Of a DNA stretch of 64,000 bases, positions 14,326 to 33,342 are shown piece by piece. The stretch is taken from the NCBI RefSeq assembly GCF_009914755.1, contig NC_060926.1; one strand, written 5' to 3'. The notes beneath the pieces are model-generated. The model did not search any database. It saw only the letters and a program-made list of their open reading frames with translations, and had not been told where the DNA came from. This DNA is from the human T2T-CHM13v2.0 reference genome, Homo sapiens. Made by a program: the position numbers and the translations under genes. Position 1 is the first letter of the stretch, and every line of letters begins with the position of its first letter.

Positions 14326-14539
14326 TTATTATTATTATAGTAATGGCACTAATAGCACACAGTGGCATCACTGCCTTTGGTTCAGACAGTCTGTCCTCAA
14401 AAACAGTTAAAGTCACATCTTTGCTAATTCAAGAATGTCATCCCTCGTGCCATCTTTCACTTAATCCCCATATTCTGTAGGCAATCACTATTCTGATTTT
14501 TATCACCATTGTTTCATTTTGCCTTTTCTAATGTACTGT

Positions 14540-14837
14540 TTTTCTTTCTTTTCTTTTCTTTTTTTTTTTGTTTTTGAGACAGAGTCTCACTCTGTCTCCC
14601 TGGCTGGAGTGCAATGGCACAATCTTGGCTCACTGCAACCTCCACCTCCCTGGTTCAAGTGATTCTCCTTGACTTACAGGCACCCACCACCACACCCAGC
14701 TAATTTTTGTATTTTTAGTAGAGATGGGGTTTCACCATGTTGGCCAGGCTCGTCTCAAACTCCTGACCTCAGGTTATCCTCCCACCTCAGCCTCCCAAAG
14801 TGCTGGGATTACAGGCGTGAACCACCGCACCAGGCGC
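14540..14837 (-). mobile_element. AluS
   Basis: dimer with a small internal deletion; TSD tctaatgtact. Confidence 0.9.
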
Positions 14838-15650
14838 TCTAATGTACTTTTATCATCATTCAGTACAAAATATTTTTCCCCTTATAATTTATGACTCATG
14901 GATTATTTAATTGTGTGCTGTTTAATTTCCAAATATTTGAGACTTTTCTAGATATCTTAATAGTATTGATTTCTAACTTAATTCCCTGTGGTTAAGAAAT
15001 ATGCACAATTAGAATTTCTTTTGAAATTTATTAAGATTTATTTCTGACCTAACACATGGTATGGTATATCTAGATGAATGTTCCATTTGCACTTGAAAAT
15101 AATGTATATTTTGCTATTCTATAGTTACTGGGTGAAATGTGTTATAAATATCAATTGAGTAATTAAAGTTTCTTGATTGTGATTTTCAAATTCTTCAAAT
15201 TCTGTTTGTTTGTTTACTTTTTTTTGAGACAGGGTCTCACTCTCTTGCCCAGGCTGGAGTGCAGTGGCGTGATCATGGCTCAGTGCAGCCTTGAATTCTG
15301 GGTTCATATAATCCTCCTACCTCAGCCTCCCAAGCAGCTGCAACTATAGGTGTGCACCACTACACTTGGCTAATTTTAAAATTTTTTGTAGAGACAGGGC
15401 TTCTCTATATTGCCATTTAGGACTGAAAGATCTTCCTGGTGACTTAACCCTTTTATCATTATAAAATGTGTCTGTTTGTTTCTGATAATACTTTCTGGTT
15501 TTGAAGCTTAATTTGTCTGGCATTAATATAGCCTCTCTTACTTTTTTATACTTACTGTCTACCTGGTATATCTTTCCTTATCCTTTTATTTTCAACCTAT
15601 GCCTTTCCATTTAAAGTGGGCCTCTTTTAGACAGCACACAGTGGGTCTTC

Positions 15651-15944
<294 letters not shown>

Positions 15945-16427
15945 GGGTCTTCCTTTTTGATTCAGTCTATAGTCACAGCCTTTTAATTGATGTGTTTAAT
16001 ACATTTACATCTGATATAATTATCAGTATGTTGAATTAAATTCTACTATTTTGTTCTTTGTTTTCCAATTGTCTCAAATATTTTTTGTTCCTTTGTTTCT
16101 CCTTCCCATCCTTATTTTTGGTAAGTCAAATATTTTTAGTACTCAATCTTAGTTGCTTGATTGGCTTTTTAACTATACCTCTTGTATTATTTTCATACTT
16201 GCTTTAGGGATTACAATATGGATTCTTAATTTATTAGTACATTCTGAGTTAATATTGTACCACTTCACATAAAATTGAGAACCTGGTAATAGTATAATTT
16301 TGTTTACTTTCCTCATTATTTTTGTTATTGTTGTCATATATACTTTTTATAGGTTTTATATTATGTTAAAATCCCATAATACAATATTATTTGCTTTCAG
16401 CAATCAGTTGCTTTCTAAAAGAAATTA

Positions 16428-16749
<322 letters not shown>

Positions 16750-17124
16750 GTTAGCCCTTTCTATTTATCTGCACATTTATCATTTCTTATACTCTTTCTT
16801 TGCTCAGTAGATCCAAATTTCATATAATGTCATTTCTTTCAGCCAAACTCTTTATTTTTTTGTACTATATGTCTACTGTTGATGAGTTTTATCACCCTGA
16901 TATTTCAAAACGTCTTACCTTATGCCCCATTTTTGATGATACCTTCACTCCATATTGAGTTTTTGCCAGAGATTTTTTCCCCTAGCGTTTTTAAAGATGT
17001 TGTTTCATCACCTCTGGCCTCCGTTGCTTCAGATGAGAAGCTGGCAGTCCTTCTTAATGTTGTTCCCCTGTATGTAATGTGTTTTTCTTTCCCTCTGGCT
17101 GCTTTCAAGAAATTCTTTTTCTCA

Positions 17125-17576
<452 letters not shown>

Positions 17577-17586
17577 TCAGCCATTA

Positions 17587-18416
17587 CAATTGTCCCTTCT
17601 TCTTTGCAGTCCCACTTTCCACAGTTTCAGCTACCTGCAGTCAACTAAGATTGGAAATATTAAATGGGAAATTTCAGAAATAAACAATATAAGTTTTAGA
17701 TTGCATGCTATTCTCAGAGGCATGATGAAATTTTGCACCATCTCACTCCATTCTGCCTGAGAAATGAATTATCCTTTTGTCCAGCATATCCACGCTATAT
17801 ATATTACCTACTACTAGCTGTCTTGGTTATCAGATCTGTTATCATGATATTGCAGTGCTTATATTCAAGTAGTCCTTATTTGACTTAATAATGAGCCTAA
17901 AGTACAAGAGTAATGTGTTTAATTTATACATTCAACTTTATCATAGGTATTTATGTATAGGAAAAAGAGTGTATATATAGCATTAAGTACTGTCTTAGTT
18001 CATTTTCTGCTGCTATCACAGAATACCACAGACTGGGTAATTTATAAGGAACAGAAGTTTATTTGGCTCATGGTTCTGGAGGCTGGAAAGTCCAAGAGCA
18101 TGGCACTGGCATCTGACAAAGTCATTCCAAGGTGGAAGGCATCACATGGTGAGCAAGCGAGAGAGAAAATCAGGCCAAACTTCTTCTTTCTATCAGGATC
18201 CCACTCCCACTCCTGCACTATTTATTTATGAGAGCAGAGCTCTCACAACCTAATTACTTCCTTAATGACCCACCTCTCAAGACTGCTGCACAGGGGATTA
18301 AGGTTCTAACATATGAACTTTGGAAAACATATTCAAACCATAGCAGGTACTATTCATGGTTTTAGGTACTACTGGGGGTCTTGGAACATATCCTCCAAGG
18401 ATAAGGAGGAAGACTA
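17587..18416 (+). mobile_element. MER44 interrupted by a MaLR LTR
   Basis: aaatattaaatgggaaatttcagaaataaacaa hallmark. Confidence 0.7.
17991..18345 (-). mobile_element. MaLR solo LTR (MST/MLT1A-like)
   Basis: TG..CA ends, AGTAC/GGTAC 5-bp TSD. Confidence 0.8.
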
Positions 18417-18616
18417 TTTTATTTATTCAAATTCTTTTCTGACTCATTTGTTCTCTGAGTTTTTTCTCCTTGGATGTCAATTACATGTATTTTAGTCTGT
18501 TTGATATTGTCTCATATGTCACTGAGTATTTGTTTTATTTTTAAAATTGATTTTTCTCTTTTCCTCAGATTGGATAATTTATACTGATCTGTCTTAAAGT
18601 TCTGACTCCTTCTTTG

Positions 18617-19676
<1,060 letters not shown>

Positions 19677-20876
19677 TTTGACTATATGAAATCTCTTTGT
19701 CAGCTCACCCTGTACATTGTTTATTACAGCAATTGTACCTTTTATTTTAGAATTTCCAATTTATTTTTTCTTATAGTTTTCATTTCTCTGTTGATACTCC
19801 CCATCTGTCTACTCACTATGACTATCTTTTAAGTTCTTGAAACTACATATAATAGCTACTTTAAAATCCTTGTCTACCAATTACATCTGAGTCATCTTAG
19901 GGTATATTTTTATGTCACAATTTTTTTTCTTGAGTCTGGGTCAAATTTTCCTGTTTTTCCACATGTCTAGTAATTTCATATTTATAATGGACATCCTGGA
20001 TGATACTTTGTAGAGACTCTGATTTCTGTTAGATTTCTCTGAAGAGTGTTGATATTTGTTCTGCAGACAATTAGGTTCCTGGCAGATCACCTTAACCTTG
20101 TGAAGTCTTGATTTTATGATTTTTCAGTGTGAGCCTATTCAAAGACCAAGGTGTTTACTGAGTCTCTTAACTATGCAGCGCTCAAACTCCTTCTCTCCTG
20201 CAGTAGATAGTAGCTGACATATCTGCTCAGTTCTCTCATCCTTTCAACTATTGCTTTCCAGTGGGCCCCTTGAAATAATTTCTGCACATGCACAGGTTGG
20301 GGGGTCAGCCAACTAGTTGACAGGAGTTTATATGCAGATTTGGGGACTCCCTCTTTCATGGCTTTTTTCTCAGATTTCACTTTAGATTTCTAGCCACTCT
20401 TGCAGCTCTGAAATCCCAGTCTTTGACACCTCCAGCAAATAAGACTGCATATTTCTACTTGAGTTCTAACTGCCCCATGCTGTAAAAATATAGGAAAATA
20501 TGGATAAATGTAGATCCCATCAAATTAGTATGGTTCCCCTTATTTAACTTTGAAATCCCTTCTAATTTCTGCCTGCTTTTGGTCCCTCTCCAGTGTCTTA
20601 AAATAGTTGGTCACATTTTGTCCAGGATTTATCATCGTTTTCTGTGGGAGAGTTATCGTAGTACTAGCTACTCTGATGTTATCAACACCAGAACCCTCAG
20701 TTCTCTCTCTCTTTTTATAATGAGACAATAACAGTATATTTTAATTGGGATTTCATATTAAAATAGCATTATACTAGAACAATACAATAATAGTTTCAGA
20801 TTTTAAAACAATTACAATTCTCCATTTCACCCTATATGCTACAGTAAACTTTTGGAAAGAACTTGTTTTATGTTCG

Positions 20877-20880
<4 letters not shown>

Positions 20881-20917
<37 letters not shown>

Positions 20918-20933
20918 CCTCTCCCTCCCTCTC
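20881..20933. repeat. (CT)n microsatellite
   Basis: direct reading. Confidence 0.9.
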
Positions 20934-20964
20934 GGTAGATTGTATTTAATAAAATAAAATCTTA

Positions 20965-21268
20965 GGCCGGGTACGGTGGCTCAGGCCTGTAATCCCAGCA
21001 CTTTGGGAGGCCGAGGGAGGTGGATCACGAGGTCAGGAGATCGAGACCATCCTGGCTAACATGGTGAAATCCTGTCTCTACTAAAAATACAAAAAGTTAG
21101 CTGGGCCTGGTGGCAGGCACCTGTGGTCCCAGATACTCAGGAGGCTGAGGCAGGAGAATGGCATGAACCCAGGAGGTGGAGCTTGCAGTGAGCCAAGATC
21201 GCGCCACTGCACTGCAGCCTGGATGACAGAGTGAGACTCCATCTCAAATAAAATAAAATAAAATAAAA
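20965..21268 (+). mobile_element. AluY-like
   Basis: TSD aaaataaaatctt. Confidence 0.9.
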
Positions 21269-23376
21269 TCTTGATATATTTCATTTAATTCTCTTGTTGA
21301 ATAACCTTTATAAAATGACTTTTAAATTTTTTATGTAGAATAAACATCAATCTAAAGTCAATTGATTGTTTAAATTTTGCCAGCAGTTGTTAGTTTAACC
21401 TTATTAGCCTGCAATGGTTATATACCTTATTCAAAATGTAAAAGGAAATATCAAACTTATCTGAAAGCACAATAAATATAGTTAATTCCACTTAGAGAAA
21501 ATTAGATTTTGTACATTGTCAGACAAACAAAAAAATCAAACTTATTCAGAAGAATTTCTACCAAATATAAGCACCTTTTACTGCATTTTGCAGAATTTTA
21601 TAAGTGCCACTGTTTTGATTATTTTAATTTACTTCCTATCATTGCAAATATGATATTCTCTATTCAAAGCATAATCAAAGGGAACATGGAGGTGAAGACA
21701 GAGCATAACTCACGGAATAGATTTTTTTTTTTTAACTATCCAATTCTAGTCATGCCTCCATTCTCTTTAATAGTATATTAGAATTTTTTTCTGTTGATAC
21801 TTGAGTGTAACTTTGGACCATGCTCACTTTTCTCTTCTCCCTCTCTTCTTTTTTATGTTGTCAGTTTTCATTTAATCCTGTAAAAATCTTTCCAATTGTA
21901 TCAAGGAGAAAGGCTCAGTCTGATATTAATGTTATTTAACATCGGATAGTTTTTGTTTTATCTACGACAGAACAGGTGTCAGACTTTGGAAGACAACAAC
22001 ATCTAATTAGAACCTAATTATGTTTTATATTACATTTATTTCTCTATAATTTTATTGATGCTAATTGCACTGCTTTTCTCATTGCAGCTATGATTTTCAA
22101 TTACACACAAGTAAAAAATGTGAGTCAACTTAAAGAAAACTAATAAATAATAGTACAAGGATTGTACACTTATGGCAAAACATGAGACAACAGTGCTGGA
22201 ATGACTGAAGTTAGGAAAATAGTGCTCAGTAACATACCTCCTCTGACCATGAGACGGTGGTGAATGGCAATCTAGAGTCAGGAAGAAAAGACAGGATAAG
22301 AAATACAGATTTGAGAATTCAAAAGCTTAACACCTTCAGTCCAGTGCCATTGTTAGAATCAGGTTTTACAACTTTAATGTGAAAGGTTGTTGAGAATACA
22401 GCCATTCTAAGAGGTTCTATCTTTGGTCCCCTGAGATGTTTTTATCCTTATAGGTTGTTAAATTTTGTAAGATTCACTATAACATGCTCAATTCCACTTC
22501 TGATTTATGTTTTATATTTGATTTTTTGCTTTCTATTTCTAACCATTGTGAAGATAGCTTTAAAATAGCTCTGTAAGTTCATTTGTTTGAATGTCTCTGA
22601 TGAAAACTTCTTCAATTTCAGAAATCTCTATTGTTACCTTTCTTTTTTTTTTTTTAATCATTGATCTTGATCCTGAAGAGACTTATAAAATTTTCTTTTA
22701 AGTCATCTGACTCTAGTCCTGGATCAGGTCAATATCACCTGAAAACTAACACTTCTGTTATCCAAAGAATATAAAGAAAATAAACCCCCAGGGAGAAAGC
22801 ACTGGCTAAAGATTAGAAGAAGGGGACATCAGGATGATAATCCAATTTAATCAGCTATCTTTTTTCCAAACTGTCTGCTACCAATCCTTTCTACCCTGGC
22901 CTTTCAAGGGCTGATATGACAACCTGGTGCTAATACTTATTTATATATTGAAGGCACAGTTTTATTTTCTTAAGCAACTAGGTTTTTGTCAGTTTACTAT
23001 GGAGTAACTTGCTCTTTGATCTATTTTGAAGGATGTGACCAAATAAAAAATTCCCAATAATTATGTAAAGGGCTTGGCATCATGGACACATGTCCAACTG
23101 CATTTTTTTTTTTTTTTTGGCTGGTGGTACACTAAAGTTGAATTACAGCTAAGACACTGACTTTGAAACACTTAAATAACAAATACTTTTGATGAGAAGT
23201 CAGTGGTCATTTGTATTGTAATTTGCTGTTTATAATGTATTGATTTTTAAAAATTGTTTTTAAGATTTTTCTCTCATCCTTGCTTTTTAGAAAATTTACA
23301 AAGACACTACAGATGTGGTTTACTTGGTATTTGTTCTGCTTGGGGTTCAATGAGCTTCTTGAATCTACAAACTTGA

Positions 23377-23740
<364 letters not shown>

Positions 23741-24611
23741 CACAAATGTTTTTTCTATTCCATTCCTTCCTCCCAGGACTCTAATTAGTCATATGTTAGA
23801 AATGTTTATATTGCCCCTTAGGTCACTAAGCCCCATTTCTATTGTCTTTCTTTTCCCACTTCCCAATCTTTTTTCTCTCTGTTCTTGAAATTTGATAATT
23901 TCTAATGATCTGTCTTTATGTTCACTTATTCTTATAACCTCTCTAGTCTTCTATTAAGACCATCCATTAAATATTTTGTTTTGGTTCTTCATTTTTTAGC
24001 TCTAGAATTTCCTTCTCCTTCCCCTTCCCCTTCCCCTTCCTTTCCTTCTTTCATAGAAGTGATCTTTCCTCCTTCACCTCCCAAAGTGCTGGGCTGGGAT
24101 TATAGGCATGAGCCACCATGCCTAGCCTCAGCTCTAGAATTTCTGTTTGATTTTTAAAAATACTTGTGATTTCTGTGTTGATATGTCCTATTTGTTTATT
24201 AATTATAGGATATTGTCCTTTATGCTCTTGAACATAGTTTTAATAGCCATCTTAAAAATCTTTGCTAACTCAGTATAGGTGAAATCTTCTGGTCAGCCTG
24301 CAATGATTGCTTATGAGTTACAATTTCTTTTTCTTCCTAAGTCTAGTAATTTTTGATTTTATTCATGACATTGTAAATTATACATTGTAGAGATTTCAGA
24401 TTCTGTTCTATTCTATCAAATAGTCTTGATTGTTTTATCAGGAAGTTAATTAGTCCTGCCTCAGACTCTAAACTCAAACTTCCTTCCAGTTGGCAGCAGC
24501 TGAAATCTTTGTTTAGCTCCTTTATCCATGGCTGAACTCTTTGGATATGTTCTGTATATGTGGCTTAGAGATCAGCCAGAGATTTGAGCAGAGTTTATGT
24601 GCAGAATTCTT

Positions 24612-25828
<1,217 letters not shown>

Positions 25829-26483
25829 AAGACTGCAAATTTCAATTGAAGTTTTAGCCAATCTGTCTGGTATGGACTAAGGACTGCCTTCAAGTGAAAA
25901 GCCATTCCCTTCTTCCAACTACAGCCTTCTCTGCAGTTCCCACCTACTTTTAGTCACTTTCAAGTGCCTTCAGGTAATTGTTTTTTAGATCTTGTCCAGG
26001 AGTGTGGCCCCACAGGAGTTACTACACCATTTCTGAAGCAGAATCTCACAAGTTTTTTTCCTTCTTATGATATTGATTTAATTTGTCTTTGCAAAAATAA
26101 AATTGGGCTGTTTTATGGGCAGAATCTTTACTTTAGGCTTTAATAGACAACTGTTCAGTGTTTTTATGCTTAGCCTTAATTTTAAATTAAACTTTTTATA
26201 TTGAGGAAATTATAGATTTATGTGTAATTGTAACAAGTAATAGAGGTCCCATGTACCCTTTACCCAGTTTTCCCCAGTGGTAACATTTTGCAAAACTATT
26301 CACAACCAGGATATTGACATTGATACAGTGAAGACAAAGAATATTTCCATCACCACAAGGATGTGTCATGTTGCCTTTTTATAACCATGTCCACTTTCCT
26401 GCTGCCTCTATGCCTTCCTTAACTCCTGGCAACCACTAGTCTCATCTCAATTTCTATAATATTTCCATTTCAAGAATATTATA

Positions 26484-26781
26484 GGGTCAGGCATGGTGGC
26501 CTACACCTGTAATCCGAGCACTTTGGGAGTCTGAGGTGGGAGGATTGTTGACACCAGAAGTTCAAGACCAGCCCAGGCAACATAGTGAGACCCTATCTCT
26601 ACAAAAAATATAAAATTAACCAGGCATGGTGGTGCACATCTGTAGTCTCAGTTACTTGGGGGTTGAGGCAGGAAGACTGCTTGAGCCCAGGAGGTCAAGG
26701 CTGAAGTGAACCATGATCACACCACCACACTCCAGCCTGGGCGATAGAATGACACCCTGTCTGAAAATAACAACAGCAAAA
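26484..26781 (+). mobile_element. AluJ
   Basis: diverged dimer. Confidence 0.85.
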
Positions 26782-27549
26782 AGAATGTTACATAAATGAA
26801 ATGATACAGCACGTAACCTTTTGGAATTGGTTTTTTTTCACTCAATATAATTCTCGTAATGCATTATTGTATGTATCAGTAGTTTGTTCCTTTTCATTTC
26901 TGAGTAGTATTCCAAGGTATGGATGTATCATGGTTTGTTTAACCATTCATCTATTGAGAGATATTTGAGGGCATTTTTTCCTTCAATTTTTGACTATTAG
27001 GAATAAAGCTGCTATGAAAACTCATGTACAGGTTTTTGTGTGAACACAAGTTTGCAATTCTCTGTTTTTCTCTTGGTTTTTCTCTTAAGGCCATTTTCTT
27101 TTCTTTTTTTTTTTTTTGCAATGGCTTCCCCTTTGAAAGCATACTTTTGCTGTTTGCTGTTTTTTGGGCAGCCAGTCTCTTCTAATGGGTCTGGTGAGAT
27201 TTATTGCAGGGAAATCTCTGTGACTAAGTCATATGGTAGTGTCATGCTTTGTTTCTTAGGAAACTGTTAAAATGTTTTCCAGAGTAGCTGTCTCATTTTC
27301 TATGCCTATCAGCAATGTATAAGTGATCCAGTTTCTCTACATCCTCACCAGCATTTGGCAGTGTTGCTATTTTTAATTTTAACCGTTATGATAGGTGTGT
27401 AGTGATATCTCATTGTGGTTTTAATGTACATTTCCCTAATAGCTAATGATACCAAAGATCTTTTCATGTGCTTACTTACTATCTGTACATCTTGTTTTTT
27501 GTGGAGTGTCTCTTCATGTGTTGCACTTGTTCTGATTGGATTGTTTACT

Positions 27550-28323
27550 TTTTTTTTTTTTTTTTGAGACAAGGTCTCACTCTGTTGCCCACGCTGGACT
27601 ACAGTGGCATGATCTCAGCTCACTGCAACATCTGCCTCCCAGGCTCAAGCAATCCTCTTACCTTGAAGCAGAAGATGCAAGAAGAAAAAAAACAAACTTT
27701 CTTCCTTTCCTGTGGTATGAACAGTTTCCCCCTTGAATCCCTCCCCACCCCGTGCAATTGTATCCTGCACTGCAAGTTTTGAGCAAGCTTGAGAAAGCTT
27801 AGACTGTAGCCATCTGGGTGCCATAGGGAAGGACACGAGATAAGATTATGCGGGCATCTTCAGCAAGCCTAGATAACAGCCACCTGGCCCGCATAGCAAG
27901 AATCACATGAAAGCCTGAGTTATGAGCCTGTTGCTGTTTAATAAACTGCCTTTATTCTGCTTCTATAAACCTGCTTTCGCACCACTGCATTTTGCACCAC
28001 TGATGCATGTATAAAAGTCAAGCCAAGTCTTTGTTTGGGGCTCAGCCTTTTGGATGCAAATCTGCTGTGCCAGTGCACCTAAATAGAATCCTCCTGTTCC
28101 ACCCATTGGTTTCTTCAGTTCCTTGGTTCCTGCAACAACCTCAGCCTTCTGAGTAGCTGCGACTACAGGCACAGTCCACCATACCCGGATAATTTTTATA
28201 TTTTTTGTAGAGATGGGGTTTCACCATATTGCCCAGGCTGGTCTCGAACTCCTGAGCTTAAGTGAGCTACCTCTCTAGGCCTCTGAAAGTGCTGAGATTA
28301 TAGGCATGAGCCACCATGCCCAG
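27550..28323 (-). mobile_element. AluJ split by an LTR
   Basis: halves rejoin across the ACCT TSD; outer TSD tggattgtttacttt. Confidence 0.85.
27664..28137 (+). mobile_element. ERV1 solo LTR inserted inside an Alu, subfamily uncertain
   Basis: TG..CA ends, ACCT TSD at 27660-27663/28138-28141, TATAAAAG at ~28010. Confidence 0.8.
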
Positions 28324-28944
28324 ATGGATTGTTTACTTTGTCACTGTTGAGTTTTGAGAGCTCTTTATACTTTCTAGATACTAGCCCTTTCTCTGATATG
28401 CAACTTGCAAATACTTTCTTGCAAACTGTAGCTTGTCTTTTCAAACTTATAACAGGATCTTTAGCAGTGTGTAATGGTTTTAATTTTGATGAAGTCAAAT
28501 TTATCAATTTTTCTTTTATGAATTATGATTTAATGTCAAGTCTAAGAACTCTCTACCTAGCTTAGGTCCTGAAGATTTTCTCCTATGTTTATTTCTAAAA
28601 GTTTTATAGTTTTACATTTTACAGTCAAATTCATAATCCATTTGGAGGTCATTTTTGTATAAAGTATGAAAAGTGGGTTGAGGTTCATTTTTTTTTTTTT
28701 TTGCCTATGGATGCACAATTCTCCAGCACTGCTTGTTGAAAAGGCTATCTTTCCTTTATTGAATTGCTTTTGCAGCTTTGTCAAATATCAGTTAGGTATA
28801 TTTGTGGTGGTCTATTTTGGGGTTCTCAACAGAAATTCCACTGATGTATGTGTCTATCCCTTCACCATACCACACTCTGATTCTGATTACTATAGCTATA
28901 TGGTAAGTTTTAAAATTGGATAGACCAATTTCTCTCCATTTATT

Positions 28945-29672
<728 letters not shown>

Positions 29673-31749
29673 GCTTTTTATTTTCTATACCTTCAAAAAC
29701 TTTGCTGGTATTTGGCTAGGAATTGTATTAAACTGTATATCAATTTGAGAACTGATATCTTTAGTGTATCAGATCTCTAACTCAATAACACAGTATTTCA
29801 TTTGTTTATATATTTTTAAATTTCTCTCAACAACATTGTGTGGTTTTCAACATGTAAGTCCTGTACACATTTTGTTAGATTTACACCTATTTCTTTTTTA
29901 TTGGTACTATTGTGAATGATAATGTATTTTTATTTATTTATTTTTAGGAGTCAGGGTCTCATTCTTTCGCCCAAGCTGGAGAGAGATGGTGTGATTATAG
30001 CTCACTGCAGCCTTGAACTCAGGTGATCCTGCCACCTCAGCCTCCCAGTGTGCTGGGATTACAGGCATGAGCCACCACACTGGCCAGTAATGTATTTTTC
30101 ATTTCAATGTCCATGTGCTCATTGTTAATATATAGAAATACAATTGATTTTTTATATTAACTTGTTTCCTGCAATCTTGCCATAAATATTCATTCTAGAA
30201 AGGTTTTGGGGTTTTTTTGTAGATTTCTTGAGACTTTATACATAAATAATCATGTCATCTGCAAATAGAAACAATTTTATTTCTCCCTTTTTGAACTGTA
30301 TGGCTTTTATTTCTTTTTCTTGCCTTATTGCACTGGCTAGACTTCCAGTACTGTATTAAATAGAAGTAATTAGAATGAAGAATGGACAACCTTGCCTTTT
30401 CCCAACTGTACAGAGTAGGATTCAGTCTTTTACCATTAGGTGAAGTGCTAGCTGTGGGTTTTCTGTAGATGGTCTTTATCAAGTTAGAAAGTTTCCCTCT
30501 TTGAATATTGGTCTGTAGTTTGCTGGGTTTTGTATTGTCTTTTTCTGCTTTTGGCATTATAGTAATACTTATCAAATAAGTTGGGAGGTGTCTCTTCCTT
30601 TTCTATTTTCTGGAAGTGATTGTATAGAATTGGTGTTAATTCTTCTTTAATTTTTTGGTAGAATTTCTCTAAACTATCCAGGCCTGGTTATGACTTTTGG
30701 GGAAAATTTTAAAATTACATCTTCAATTTTATTAATAGTTATAGAACTATTCAAACTATTGATTTCGTGTTTGGTGAGCTGTGGCAATTTGTGTTTTTTG
30801 ATAAATTGGTCCACTTTATCTAAGTTGCCAAATTTTTGTCTGGCAGGTTTGTTAATAGTATTTCCTTATTTTCCTTGTGTTGTCTGCAGAGTCTGTAGTA
30901 ATATCCCCTGCTTCACTCATGATATTGGCCATTGTGTATTCTCTTTTTTCTTTGTCAGTCTAAAAAGAGATTTGTCAATTTTATTGATCTTTTTGAAGAC
31001 CCAGCTCTTCCTTTCATTGATTTCCTTTATTGGTTTCCTGTTTTAAATTTCATTGATCTATACTTGAATCATTGTTCTTTTCTTCTGGATATTTTTGGTT
31101 TTGTTTGCCCTTATTTCTCAGAGTTCTTGAGTTGGCAGCTTTTATTACTGATTTGATACTTATCCTCTTTCCTAATATATGCATTTAGGTTATTAATTTC
31201 CCTATCAACAGGGAGTGTCTGGCACATTTTAATATGTTGTATTTTTATTTTCATTAAGTATTGTGTATTTTCTAATTTCCCTTGGTACTTCCTTTTTAAG
31301 GATTATTTAGAAGTGTGTTGTTTAGTTTCCAAGTGTTGGAAGATTTTCCTCTTAGTTTTATGTTATTCATTTTTAGTTTGATTTCATCATGGTAAGAGAA
31401 CACATTCTGTGTGATGTACATTCTTTTAAATGTCTTAGGGATTGTTGCTCTGACCTATGATATGATGTATCTGCTTATGTTTGCTGAGCACTTGAAAAGA
31501 GAGTGTATAATGTTGTTATTCAGTGAGGTATTCTATAAAAGTTACTTAGCTCTTATTGGTTGATGATGTTGAGTTCTTCCATATCTTTGTTTTCTGTCTA
31601 CTTGTATTATTACTTGTTGAGAGGAGTGTTGAAGTCTCCAGCTATAATTACGGATGTATTTGTTTCTCCTTTAAGTTCTATCAGTTTTTGTTTCTCACAT
31701 TTTGCAGCTCTATTCTTAGCCATATACATATTTAAGATTATCATATTTT

Positions 31750-32039
31750 GCCGGGCATGGTGGCTCACATGGGTAATCTCAGCAATTTGGGAGGCCAAGG
31801 CAGGTGAATCACTTGAGCTCAGGAGTTCAAGACCAGCATGGGCAATATGGCAAAACCCTGTTTCTACACAAAATACAAAAATTAGCTGGGCATGGTGGCA
31901 CATGCCTGTGCTCCCAGCTACTTGGGAGGCTGAGGTGGGAAGATCACTTGAGCATGGAAGGTGGATGTTGTAGTGAGTTGACATCATGCCACTGAACTCT
32001 AGCCTGGGCGACAGAGTGAGACCTTGTCTAAACAAAAAA
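31750..32039 (+). mobile_element. AluJ
   Basis: diverged dimer. Confidence 0.85.
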
Positions 32040-32341
32040 GGTTACTGTGTTTTATTGGTAGAGTGACTGATTTGCCATTATAAAATGTCCCTCTCCCTCT
32101 TTGTTAATTTTCTCTACTCTGAGTTCTGCTTTATCTGATACTGATATAGCACTCTTACTTTTTAAAATTAATGCTTGTATAATATCTCTTTCATCCAACA
32201 TTATTATATATGAAATACATTTCTTATAGATGGCATATAGTTGGGTCATATTTTTTTAAAATCCACTCTGCAATCTCTGTCCTTTAGTTGGTATATTTAG
32301 ACCATTTATATTAATGTAATTCTTAATATGCTAATGATTTA

Positions 32342-32660
<319 letters not shown>

Positions 32661-32678
32661 GATTAGGTCTGCCATTTA

Positions 32679-32711
32679 ACACTTGATCTAGCCAAACGGC
32701 TGAGAAACAAT
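32679..32711 (-). pseudogene. tailless 3'-truncated U2 snRNA retropseudogene (about nt 1-34)
   Basis: reverse complement ATTGTTTCTCAGCCGTTTGGCTAGATCAAGTGT vs U2 ATCGCTTCTCGGCCTTTTGGCTAAGATCAAGTGT; TSD GTCTGCCATTT at 32667-32677/32714-32724. Confidence 0.88.
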
Positions 32712-33342
32712 GTGTCTGCCATTTTATTATTTCATTTTCTGTTTTTCTCTTTTCTTTTTGTTCATTTCTCTATTTATGTGCCTTCCTGTGGGTTGCTTGA
32801 ACATTTTTTAGAATTCCATTTTGATTTGTCTAATGTGTTTTTGAATGTAGCTCTTTGTGTAGCTTTTTAAGTGTTTGCTTTAGATATTACATTATGAATA
32901 CATAACTTATCACAGTCTACTAGTGTTTTCATTTTAGTAGTTCAAGTACAGTATAAAACCTTAAATCTTTACATCCCTTTGCCCTCCCCTGCTTATAATT
33001 GTCTTAAGTATATCCTTTGCATACATTTGGAACTACATCAGCCATTGTAAATTTTGCTTCAATCATCAAACATAATTTACAAAACTTAAGAGAAGAAAAG
33101 GCATTATTTATCCATACTTTTCCTTAATATGTTATTTCTTCCTTCCTGATTTCTCAAACTTTCCTCTTTTGTCATTTCCCTTCTGTTTAGAGAACTTTTT
33201 TTAGCCATTCTTTGAGAATAGGTCTGTTAACCACAAATTTTTCTAGTTTTTTTTTTTTTTTTTCTAATCAGAGAATGTTTTGGTTTCTTCTTTATTTCTG
33301 AAAGATATAGTTTTGCTGGGTATAAAGTTCTGAGTTGACAGT

